This document shows, in pieces, positions 26,853 to 35,183 of a stretch of DNA of 64,000 nucleotides. A program made the position numbers and the translations under genes. The notes under the pieces were generated by a model that did not search any database, was not told the DNA's origin, and saw only the letters and a program-made list of their open reading frames with translations. Origin of the DNA: an uncultured Lachnospiraceae bacterium (lineage in GTDB: Bacteria; Bacillota; Clostridia; Lachnospirales; Lachnospiraceae); assembly GCA_910587155.1 (NCBI GenBank), contig CAJULA010000008.1, forward strand, positions 32,343-96,342, in the 5' to 3' direction. How positions within the stretch are numbered: position 1 is the stretch's first letter; each line of letters begins with the position of its first letter.

Positions 26853-28187
26853 ATGAAGAGCAGGAAAAACAAAATCTGTTATCTATTGCCGGTCCTGCTT
26901 ATTCTGGCTGTGGCCCTGGGACTGTCGCCGGTGACGGAATGGGTTCGCAGAGAAAAGGGTGAGCGGGAGGGAATTGTGATTGACATAGAGGATAACAGTG
27001 AGTATGCCGGGAATCCGGATTATGAGTTGTATGGTTATACCCGCTATATCCGGGACGGAGAGCTGCTGCTTCGGGCGGAGCGGTATGACGGCGACGGGTG
27101 GCAGCAGGAATGGATGCAGTGGGTTTACGACGAAGCGGGGCGGACGGCAGAGGAACGCTTTTGCGACGGCCCGGGGCGTGAGTGGGAAACGGGTAAAGAG
27201 AAACAATATGAATATGATGAACAGGGAGACCTTGTGCATGAATGGGAGTACGAAAACGGTATCCTGAATGAGGAGAGCTTTTACCGGCCGCTGGAGGAAG
27301 GATTTGCAGGCGTCACTTATACTTACGAAGTGTCCGGAAAAGAAGGAAACAACCCCTTGTGGCAGATCGCTTCCTACGAGTCCTATGTGTGCAATACACA
27401 AGGGGACGTCCTCTATTGTCTGCGCTATGACAAAGATGGGGAACTGACCTCATCCATGCGTGCGTACTATGATGAGAGGGGACGGCTGCTCGGATGGAAG
27501 GAAGGCAGCAGGGAGGATGCGAGATGGCGGGTATACAGTGCCGACTGGCAGGAGGAGGGTGGCACGGTTGCCAATACCGTAACCTGTTTCGGGAGGACGG
27601 TGTATGCGGAAACCTATGTTCGCGATCCGGCTACGGATGCACTGCTTCTGACGGCACATACGCCGGGGAGCGAGACGGGAGAGGACTCGGGCATCTACCG
27701 GGCGGCGTATGACAAAAGCCAGCTTTTATGGGAGATGAGCTGCCTTGGAGAAAGACTGGACTGCTTTCGGTCTCTTTGTTATGACCAGGCCGGAGCACTC
27801 AGTCACGAACTGGCATGTGTGGCGTATGATGACGGATTTGACTGTGTGCTGCGCCGTTATGAATATGACAGCGAGGGAAGACTGCTGGGAATGTATGATT
27901 ATGAGAGTCGCGTCGTATATGGAGCGATGGGCATGGACGGCGGCAACGGATATGCAGTGCTTGCCGCGGAAACATTCGGAAAATGGCCGCTTGCGATCCT
28001 GATCTATGATCCGGACGGTGAGGTAAGGGAACGTCTGTCGTTTGATGAATCCGGCATGTTTACTGAGGAAAAGAAAGCTGGCGGAAGTATGAAGGAGTGG
28101 GAGGGAGAACCAAAACATGGCAATGATAGGAATCGATCTGGGAACGACAAATTCACTGGCGGCACTCTGGCGGGGCGGCCGGGTTGA
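26853..28187 (+). CDS. Membrane-anchored YD-repeat (Rhs-like repeat) protein
   Basis: GGGGAGGTG RBS and an N-terminal TM/signal anchor. Repeated YD motifs are present (VYDEAGRT, YEYDEQGDLV, RYDKDGEL, YYDERGRLLG, YEYDSEGRLLG, IYDPDGEV). The last 71 nt overlap the Hsp70 gene. Confidence 0.7.
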   Translation: MKSRKNKICYLLPVLLILAVALGLSPVTEWVRREKGEREGIVIDIEDNSEYAGNPDYELYGYTRYIRDGELLLRAERYDGDGWQQEWMQWVYDEAGRTAEERFCDGPGREWETGKEKQYEYDEQGDLVHEWEYENGILNEESFYRPLEEGFAGVTYTYEVSGKEGNNPLWQIASYESYVCNTQGDVLYCLRYDKDGELTSSMRAYYDERGRLLGWKEGSREDARWRVYSADWQEEGGTVANTVTCFGRTVYAETYVRDPATDALLLTAHTPGSETGEDSGIYRAAYDKSQLLWEMSCLGERLDCFRSLCYDQAGALSHELACVAYDDGFDCVLRRYEYDSEGRLLGMYDYESRVVYGAMGMDGGNGYAVLAAETFGKWPLAILIYDPDGEVRERLSFDESGMFTEEKKAGGSMKEWEGEPKHGNDRNRSGNDKFTGGTLAGRPG

Positions 28188-29835
28188 GCTGATCCCCAAT
28201 TCATTTGGGGAATATCTGACGCCGTCGGTGGTCGGTATCGGACAGGGCGGAGAGATCCATGTGGGCCGGGTGGCGGCGGAGATGCTTATCACCAGTCCGG
28301 CACATGCCTTTGCAGAATTCAAGCGCAATATGGGGACAGACTGTAAATATGGAAAGGATGGGGCCTATACGGCAGAAGATCTTTCTTCTTTCGTACTGCG
28401 CAGGCTGAAGGAGGATGCGGAGGCCTATCTGGGAGAGCCGGTCACGGAAGCGGTGATCAGCGTCCCGGCCTATTTCAATGACGATAAACGATGCGCCACA
28501 AAAAATGCGGGGAAGCTGGCCGGGCTCCATGTAGAGCGTCTGATTAATGAGCCTTCCGCCGTAGCCCTGAAGCATCATATGGGAAACGAAGAGGCGGAAA
28601 CGTTTATTATCTTTGACTTTGGCGGCGGCACGCTGGATGTTTCGCTTGTCGACGCGTTTGACAATATGGTGGAAATCCAGGCGGTGGCAGGAGATAATCA
28701 CCTTGGCGGCAAAGATTTCAATGAGCTGATTGCCGCTGAGTTTTACAGAGAAAATAAGATTATGGAGCATCTGCTGACGGAGGAAGAGCGGGGAATCGTC
28801 ATCAAAGAGGCAGAAGCGCTCAAACGCCAGCTTACGGATACTGACAGTGCCAGACGGACAGTCATACTTGGCGGCAGAGAATATACAATGCGGATGACAA
28901 ACCAGCATCTGATCCATACGGGCGCAGAACTGTTTCGCAGGATGGCGGTTCCCATCAGACAGGTAATCAGTGACAGCGGGCTGGAGGTGGGAGATATCGA
29001 CAAGATTATCCTGGCCGGCGGTTCCTGCCGGATGCCCGTGGTGGCCCGTTATCTGAGAACTCTGTTGGATATCCCGGTGGTGGCGGATGAAAATCCCGAT
29101 GAGAGCATCGCCATGGGAGTCGGTATCGCGGCTGCCATCAAGGAGCGTGAGGGAGATGTCAGGGATATGATCCTGGCGGATATCTGCCCCTTTTCCCTGG
29201 GAGTCGCTGTTTATGACGGGAGTTTTTCCCCGATTATACAGAGAAATGATACCCTGCCCTGCAGCCGGACAGAATATTATGTGACGGTCAGCGACAACCA
29301 GACGGCTATGAAGTTTCCTGTCTATCAGGGGGATAATCTGATTGCCAGAGAAAACCTGCTGCTTGGAACGATGGAGATCACCGGCCTTCCCCGGGCGCCG
29401 AAAGGAACCGTGGGCGCCTCCGTCACCTTTCTGTATGATATCAATGGTATTCTTGATATCCGTATTGACAGCGGCAGACAGAAGCTGCACAAGGTAATCA
29501 TGAACAAACGGATGGGCTTAAGCGAACAGGCGCTGGAGAAACGGCTGGAAGAACTGCGGCAGATGACCCTCAGTCCCATGGAGGATGAGAAAAATCTGTA
29601 CCTGATTGAAAAGGCGCAGCGACTGTACCGGGAATGCAGCCCCGGCGTGAGAAGCTATCTTGTGTCGGCGCTGATGCATTTCCGCGAAGTGCTGGAAAAC
29701 GGGCAGGGACGGGAAATCAGGGAAGCCTATGTACAGTTTTCCGTTTATCTGGACGCGATAGAGAAAAACAAGTTTCATTTCAGCGGCTTTGACGAATCCT
29801 TTTTTGAAGACGACAGGGAAGATGAGATGGACTGA
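28117..29835 (+). CDS. Hsp70-family chaperone, short HscC-like type (572 aa)
   Basis: IGIDLGTTNS, NSFGEYLTPSVV, VISVPAYFNDDKR, DFGGGTLDVS, LAGGSCRMP, FSPIIQRNDTLP. From memory it resembles E. coli HscC more than DnaK, and it lacks the DnaK C-terminal EEVD-type tail. Confidence 0.9.
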   Translation: MAMIGIDLGTTNSLAALWRGGRVELIPNSFGEYLTPSVVGIGQGGEIHVGRVAAEMLITSPAHAFAEFKRNMGTDCKYGKDGAYTAEDLSSFVLRRLKEDAEAYLGEPVTEAVISVPAYFNDDKRCATKNAGKLAGLHVERLINEPSAVALKHHMGNEEAETFIIFDFGGGTLDVSLVDAFDNMVEIQAVAGDNHLGGKDFNELIAAEFYRENKIMEHLLTEEERGIVIKEAEALKRQLTDTDSARRTVILGGREYTMRMTNQHLIHTGAELFRRMAVPIRQVISDSGLEVGDIDKIILAGGSCRMPVVARYLRTLLDIPVVADENPDESIAMGVGIAAAIKEREGDVRDMILADICPFSLGVAVYDGSFSPIIQRNDTLPCSRTEYYVTVSDNQTAMKFPVYQGDNLIARENLLLGTMEITGLPRAPKGTVGASVTFLYDINGILDIRIDSGRQKLHKVIMNKRMGLSEQALEKRLEELRQMTLSPMEDEKNLYLIEKAQRLYRECSPGVRSYLVSALMHFREVLENGQGREIREAYVQFSVYLDAIEKNKFHFSGFDESFFEDDREDEMD

Positions 29836-29858
29836 CCGGCAGGAGAAGGGAAGAATCT

Positions 29859-30986
29859 ATGGATATATGGAACGTGCTGGGGATTGCGCGGACGACGGAT
29901 ATCCGGCAGATCAAAGGAGCCTACGCCCGGCAGGCCAGACAATATCATCCCGAGGATCACCCGGAGCAGTTTCGCCTGCTGCAGAAGGCTTACAAAGCGG
30001 CGCTGCAGTATGCCAGAAACGGCGGGCGCACGGGGACGGCACACATACAGTCCGGGGACCTGGGGAGAGAGCCGGAGGCCCATACGCAGCCGATGGACTG
30101 CCGGACAGAGCCGGAGGCCCGTATGCAGCCTGCGGATCGGCGCCCGGAGCCGGAATCCGGGCAGTCGCCTGTTGTTCTGCCAAGGGACGTGCCCTCCGCT
30201 GCGTCATCGTCTGCGCCGGCCGGAGCCGGAACGGGCGAAGAACGGGAGTTTGATTTTTCCGGGATTGATGCAGACGGGGAAAAAAACAGTTTCTTTGTGC
30301 AGTTTCATCTGATTGTCTGCAATCCGTGTCTGATCAATAACCGGATTGCCTGGAATCTGTTTCTGAACAGGCCAAAGTGCCAAAAACTGTTTCAGGAGCC
30401 TGCCTTCAGGGAAGAATTTGTCAGAACTCTCTGTGGTCTGCATGGATTTCGCAGAGATACCCTCCTTTTGTTTGAACAATATCTGAAACAGTTTCACCAG
30501 GAACAGGAGGGACAACGCGGCAGACGCAGGGAAACGGATCTGCCCTGTTTTTTAAAGATGAAATGGCTCCATACCCGGATGGCCGCATTTGACAGCGAAA
30601 GATTTAAGGGAAAAGAAGGTATGGCGTTCCAGAATATGGTCATGGCCCGTTTTCGCCGTCAGGAACGCATGATTGATCTGGGGCGCCGCAGGGATGTGGA
30701 AGATTATATGCAGGTTTACTTCGCATTTGCCGCTTCCAATGAAGAAAAACTGTACCGCCTTTACCGGAAAAGGAAATATGCCCGCCTGCGAAGCGTCGTT
30801 TTGTGCCTGCTGATCCTTTCGCTTTCCTTTACCGCTATTTTGGGCGGCGGACTTTTGCAGGGCAGGGCGGCCCGGAGGGCAGAGGAGGCCTATCGGGAGG
30901 AGATCCGTTCTCAGCAGGAAAAACAGGCGCCTGCGATCAGAACAAGGGCCGAGAAAGAGATAGACAGGATACTGGAGAAGTATTGA
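29859..30986 (+). CDS. J-domain protein with C-terminal TM helix (DjlC-like architecture); HPD replaced by HPE
   Basis: The J domain reads MDIWNVLGIARTTDIRQIKGAYARQARQYHPEDHPEQFRLLQKAYKAAL. A Pro/Glu repeat linker follows, then the hydrophobic helix VVLCLLILSLSFTAILGGGLL near the C-terminus. Confidence 0.85.
   Translation: MDIWNVLGIARTTDIRQIKGAYARQARQYHPEDHPEQFRLLQKAYKAALQYARNGGRTGTAHIQSGDLGREPEAHTQPMDCRTEPEARMQPADRRPEPESGQSPVVLPRDVPSAASSSAPAGAGTGEEREFDFSGIDADGEKNSFFVQFHLIVCNPCLINNRIAWNLFLNRPKCQKLFQEPAFREEFVRTLCGLHGFRRDTLLLFEQYLKQFHQEQEGQRGRRRETDLPCFLKMKWLHTRMAAFDSERFKGKEGMAFQNMVMARFRRQERMIDLGRRRDVEDYMQVYFAFAASNEEKLYRLYRKRKYARLRSVVLCLLILSLSFTAILGGGLLQGRAARRAEEAYREEIRSQQEKQAPAIRTRAEKEIDRILEKY
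30069..30160 (+). repeat. Imperfect 39-bp tandem repeat (about 2.4 copies) inside the J-protein gene
   Basis: Units start at 30069, 30108 and 30147, each opening with GAGCCGGA; units 1 and 2 share GAGCCGGAGGCCC, unit 3 reads GAGCCGGAATCC. They encode EPEAHTQPMDCRT / EPEARMQPADRRP / EPESGQSP. Confidence 0.6.
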
Positions 30987-31009
30987 TCACATGGCGCCCG
31001 AACATCAGG

Positions 31010-31038
31010 TTGTAATTTTATCTTCGTTTTGTTAGAAT
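31010..31038 (+). promoter_or_regulatory. Promoter candidate for recG with extended -10
   Basis: TTGTAA, a 17-nt spacer ending in TGT, then TAGAAT. Confidence 0.45.
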
Positions 31039-31082
31039 ATGTTAAGGTTATTGTCAGAGCATGTTCTGATGGGAGAGTACAG

Positions 31083-33116
31083 ATGGAATCAAATTCGCAA
31101 ATCCGCGTATTAAAAGGCGTCGGTGAGAAGACGGCCGCTCTGTTTGAAAAAATTGGCATAGGGAATATAGAGGATTTGCTGCGGCATTATCCCCTGGCCT
31201 ATGATACGTTTTCTGCCGCTGTTGCGATGGACAGGCTGCAGGCCGGTGTGCTGTGTGCGGTGCGCGGACGGCTGTCCGGGGGGATTGCCATGAGGCGGGT
31301 ACGCTCTCTTACGATCTCCGTCTGCCGGGTCAGCGACGGGACGGAGACGGTTTCCCTCACTTTTTTTAATATGCCGTATCTGAAAAACAGGATAAAGCCG
31401 GGAGAAGACTATATTTTCCGCGGTGTGGCGCAGGGCGGGCCGGGGAAATGGAAGATGGAACAGCCTGCGGTCTGTACGCCTTCCGCTTATGAAGAACTGC
31501 TTGATACCCTGCAGCCCCGGTATTCTCTGACAAAGGGACTGACCAATCATATGGTGACAAAGGCAATGCGGCAGGCTCTTTCCCTTTGCAGCGGGCCGGG
31601 GGAGTATTTACCGGAGGATATCCGGGCATGCTATGATCTGATGGAATACCGGGAGGCACTGGAAGGCATTCATTTTCCCGCGCACAGAGACATGCTGCAA
31701 AAGGCGAGGAACCGGCTGGTATTTGATGAATTTTTTCTGTTTATACTGCGATTGCGGTGGTGCCGGGAGCATGAACAGGCGGCGGAGAACAGATGGCCCA
31801 TGGCGGACAGGCCGGAGAGCGAGCGGCTGATCCGGGAGCTGCCGTATCCTCTGACGGGTGCGCAGAGACGGGTCTGGGACGAGATCAAAGCGGACCTTGC
31901 GGGAAAGACGGTGATGAACCGGCTTATACAGGGGGATGTGGGGTGCGGCAAAACGATATTGGCAGTGCTGGCCTTGCTGCAGACAGTGGCCTGTGGCTGG
32001 CAGGGTGCGCTGATGGCGCCGACGGAAGTGCTGGCAAGGCAGCATTTTGAATCCCTGTGCGAGCTGACAAAGGCGCATGACCTGCCCTTTGTCCCCCTGC
32101 TTTTGACCGGTTCCATGTCAGCCAGGGGAAAAAAAGAATGCTACCGACAGATTGAGTCAGGAGAGGCCAATGTGGTGATCGGTACGCATGCGCTCATTCA
32201 GGAAAAGGCAGTGTATCGGAATCTGGCGCTTGTGGTGACGGACGAGCAGCACCGTTTCGGTGTGCGTCAGCGGGAAGCACTGGCCGGAAAGGGGACAGAT
32301 ACCCATGTGCTTGTCATGAGCGCCACGCCCATCCCCAGGACGCTGGCCCTTATTCTCTACGGGGATCTCCACATCTCACTCGTGGATGAGATGCCGGCCC
32401 GGCGTCTGCCGATCAAAAACTGTGTGGTGGATATCTCTTACCGGGAAAAAGCGTACCGCTTTATCGGAAAGGAGATCGAAAACGGCAGACAGGCCTATAT
32501 TATCTGCCCCATGGTAGAGGAGGGGGAGATGGAAGGGCTGGAGAATGTAGTGGCCTACAGTGAAAAACTAAAGGGTATCTTTCCTGCGCAGGTACGGATT
32601 GCCGCTCTTCACGGCAGGATGAAAGCTGCGGAAAAAAACAGGATTATGGAGGCGTTTGGCCGGGGAGAGATTGATATTCTTGTCTCCACAACCGTGGTGG
32701 AGGTAGGAATCAATGTCCCCAATGCTTCGGTGATGATGGTGGAAAATGCGGAACGTTTCGGTCTGGCGCAGCTCCATCAGCTCCGCGGAAGGGTGGGAAG
32801 GGGCAGTGAGCAGTCCTACTGTATTTTTGTCAGCACGTCCGGGCAGACGCATACGATGGAGCGGCTGTCGGTTCTGCGCAGATCCAATGACGGGTTTCTG
32901 ATTGCGGAAGAGGATCTGCGGCTGCGGGGGCCGGGCGACATGTTTGGGATCAGACAGAGCGGCAGTCTGGAATTCAGGCTGGCGGATATTTATCAGGATG
33001 CAAAGATATTACGGCAGGCAGACCGGGCAGTGGAAGATCTTCTGAGGAAGAAAGGCGGCATGACGGGAGATCTGGGGCTGTCTCTTCCCTATATGGTTGA
33101 CTTTGCAGGCATCTGA
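31083..33116 (+). CDS. recG: ATP-dependent DNA helicase RecG
   Basis: GGGAGAG RBS before the ATG at 31083. LPYPLTGAQRRV, Walker A GDVGCGKT, DEQHRFGV, and the TRG-region QLHQLRGRVGRG. Confidence 0.95.
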   Translation: MESNSQIRVLKGVGEKTAALFEKIGIGNIEDLLRHYPLAYDTFSAAVAMDRLQAGVLCAVRGRLSGGIAMRRVRSLTISVCRVSDGTETVSLTFFNMPYLKNRIKPGEDYIFRGVAQGGPGKWKMEQPAVCTPSAYEELLDTLQPRYSLTKGLTNHMVTKAMRQALSLCSGPGEYLPEDIRACYDLMEYREALEGIHFPAHRDMLQKARNRLVFDEFFLFILRLRWCREHEQAAENRWPMADRPESERLIRELPYPLTGAQRRVWDEIKADLAGKTVMNRLIQGDVGCGKTILAVLALLQTVACGWQGALMAPTEVLARQHFESLCELTKAHDLPFVPLLLTGSMSARGKKECYRQIESGEANVVIGTHALIQEKAVYRNLALVVTDEQHRFGVRQREALAGKGTDTHVLVMSATPIPRTLALILYGDLHISLVDEMPARRLPIKNCVVDISYREKAYRFIGKEIENGRQAYIICPMVEEGEMEGLENVVAYSEKLKGIFPAQVRIAALHGRMKAAEKNRIMEAFGRGEIDILVSTTVVEVGINVPNASVMMVENAERFGLAQLHQLRGRVGRGSEQSYCIFVSTSGQTHTMERLSVLRRSNDGFLIAEEDLRLRGPGDMFGIRQSGSLEFRLADIYQDAKILRQADRAVEDLLRKKGGMTGDLGLSLPYMVDFAGI

Positions 33117-33127
33117 ACGTAAAATAA

Positions 33128-34012
33128 ATGAGGAAAATAGTCGGAAAGGAAAGAGACGTGACTGCGATTGTAACAGACTCTAACAGCGGGATTACACAGG
33201 AAGAAGCCAGAGAACTGGGGGTATTTGTACTGCCCATGCCTTTTATGATAGAGGATGTCATTTATTATGAGGGGAAAGACCTGACGCAGGAGACATTTTA
33301 TAAAAGGATGGAAGCAGGAGAGCGGATCAGCACCTCTCAGCCCACGCCGGAGGAAGTGACAAGGCTGTGGGAGGAAGTGCTGAAGGAGCATGAACAGCTG
33401 GTCTATATACCCATGTCCAGCGGGCTTTCCGGTTCCTGTCAGACGGCACAGCTTCTGGCAGGGGATTATGAGGGCAGAGTTTTTGTGACGGATAATCAGC
33501 GGATTTCCGTTACCCAGAGGCAGAGTGTGAAGGACGCGCTTTTGCTGGTACGGGAGGGGATGGATGCCGGACGGATCAGGGATACACTGGAAGAGGACCG
33601 GTTTCATTCCAGTATCTATATTATGCTGGAAACGCTGACTTATCTGAAGCGGGGCGGACGTATCACACCTGCGGCGGCGGCACTGGGAAATATCCTGCGC
33701 CTGAAACCGGTACTGCAGATTCAGGGAGAAAAGCTGGACGCATTTGCCAAAGCGAGAACACTGGCGCAGGGCAAAAGCATTATGACAAATGCGGTAAAAA
33801 ACGACATTGCCCGGCGGTTTGGCGGCAAAGAGGCAGGTGTGCGGCTGTTTATTGCCCACAGTCATAATGAGGCCGGGGCGCAGGCTTTTCGAGAGGAACT
33901 CAGATCGGAATTTCCGGGCAGCGAGATTGAGATTCAGTGCCTGTCGCTGAGTATCGGCTGTCATCTGGGGCCGGGTTCTCTGGCGCTGGCCTGTACGCAG
34001 AATCTTCGCTAG
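33128..34012 (+). CDS. DegV-family fatty-acid-binding protein
   Basis: IVTDSNSGITQEEA...STSQPTPEE...YIPMSSGLSGS... are typical DegV motifs. Confidence 0.9.
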   Translation: MRKIVGKERDVTAIVTDSNSGITQEEARELGVFVLPMPFMIEDVIYYEGKDLTQETFYKRMEAGERISTSQPTPEEVTRLWEEVLKEHEQLVYIPMSSGLSGSCQTAQLLAGDYEGRVFVTDNQRISVTQRQSVKDALLLVREGMDAGRIRDTLEEDRFHSSIYIMLETLTYLKRGGRITPAAAALGNILRLKPVLQIQGEKLDAFAKARTLAQGKSIMTNAVKNDIARRFGGKEAGVRLFIAHSHNEAGAQAFREELRSEFPGSEIEIQCLSLSIGCHLGPGSLALACTQNLR

Positions 34013-34015
34013 GAT

Positions 34016-35176
34016 ATGAAAAACGTGGGTAACCGGGACATGCCGGATTCTTATGTATACAGGGATGGCAAAAAGCTGCGCTGCGGCTATACGACCGGTG
34101 CCTGTGCGGCTGCAGCAGCCGGAGCCGCCGCGCAGACACTGCTGACAGGGGACATGCCGGCCCGGACCGTTCTGCATCTGCCGGGCGGGCAGACGCTTGC
34201 CCTGGCGACGGAGCTGATTTCGGAAAGCACAGGGCGGGTTTCCTGCGGAGTGCGTAAGGACGGCGGCGACGACCGGGACGTCACGCACGGTGCGCTGATC
34301 ATTGCACAGGTGGAAAAGGAGCGGACACCGGGGATCACGATCACCGGCGGGCCGGGAGTCGGGCGGGTAACGGCGCCGGGGCTGGATCAGCCGCCGGGCA
34401 GTTATGCCATCAACCGGGTTCCCAGACAGATGATCCGGGAAGCGGTGGAAGCCGCGGCCGCAGCCTGCGGATATGAAGGAGGATTTCTGGTGACGCTCCT
34501 GGTGCCGGAGGGGGAAGCGCTGGCGGCAAAGACCTTCAATCCTTCTCTGGGAATCGAAGGGGGCATTTCCATTCTGGGGACGAGCGGCATCGTGGAACCG
34601 ATGAGTGAGCGGGCACTGGTAGATACAATCCGGCTGGAAATGCAGATGCAGGCAGCCCGCGGAAGACGCTATTGTATCCTTTGTCCGGGAAATTATGGGA
34701 TGGATTATCTTAGCGGCGTGATGGGGTTTGAGAAAGGCCATGCCATAAAATGCGGTAATTTCATCGGAGAAGCCATTGATATGGCGCCTGCCTGCCATAT
34801 GAAGGGGCTGCTTCTGACAGGGCATCTGGGCAAACTGGTCAAGCTGGGGGCCGGGATGATGAATACCCACTCCCGATACGGGGACGGCAGGATGGAAATA
34901 TTGTGTGCCTGTGCGCTGGAAGCGGGCGGAGACATTGCTCTGCTGAAAGGCATTATGGCCTGTGTGTCCACTGACGCTGCGGTGGCACTGCTGAAAAAGG
35001 CGCAGCTGGCGACACCGGTGATGGAGATCTTAATGAAAAAGATCGAATACCATCTGCAGCGGAGAGTATTGGAAGGGATCCGCATCGGTGCCGTGGTTTT
35101 TTCCAATGAATACGGACTGCTGGGGCAGACAACGGAGGCGGCGGCGCTGGCCGGCGAGATCCGGGAAGAGGGATGA
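34016..35176 (+). CDS. cbiD: Cobalt-precorrin-5B (C1)-methyltransferase CbiD
   Basis: LRCGYTTGACAAAAAGAAA and ILGTSGIVEPMS motifs. Starts 3 nt after the degV stop. Confidence 0.9.
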   Translation: MKNVGNRDMPDSYVYRDGKKLRCGYTTGACAAAAAGAAAQTLLTGDMPARTVLHLPGGQTLALATELISESTGRVSCGVRKDGGDDRDVTHGALIIAQVEKERTPGITITGGPGVGRVTAPGLDQPPGSYAINRVPRQMIREAVEAAAAACGYEGGFLVTLLVPEGEALAAKTFNPSLGIEGGISILGTSGIVEPMSERALVDTIRLEMQMQAARGRRYCILCPGNYGMDYLSGVMGFEKGHAIKCGNFIGEAIDMAPACHMKGLLLTGHLGKLVKLGAGMMNTHSRYGDGRMEILCACALEAGGDIALLKGIMACVSTDAAVALLKKAQLATPVMEILMKKIEYHLQRRVLEGIRIGAVVFSNEYGLLGQTTEAAALAGEIREEG

Positions 35177-35183
35177 AAGTGTT

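Noticed and set aside
28201-29490. 429-aa minus-strand ORF
   Set aside because: It is antisense and in register with the Hsp70 gene, whose identity is unambiguous.
29789-30312. Two overlapping + strand ORFs (154 and 142 aa) at the Hsp70/J junction
   Set aside because: They are alternative frames of the J-protein gene through its GC-rich repeat linker. Only the 29859 frame gives a J domain and has an RBS.
33117-34016. Expected cobalamin riboswitch upstream of the cob cluster
   Set aside because: This interval is fully occupied by the degV coding sequence, and cbiD starts 3 nt after its stop. No B12-box-like sequence was recognised by eye here or in the other cob-cluster gaps. A covariance-model scan is needed to be sure.
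35088-35183. Upstream-extended starts offered by the ORF track (35088, 36883, 45304, 5301, 8435, 31029, 21558 and similar)
   Set aside because: Each extension overlaps the preceding gene and lacks an RBS. In each case an internal ATG with a good Shine-Dalgarno sequence gives the canonical family N-terminus.
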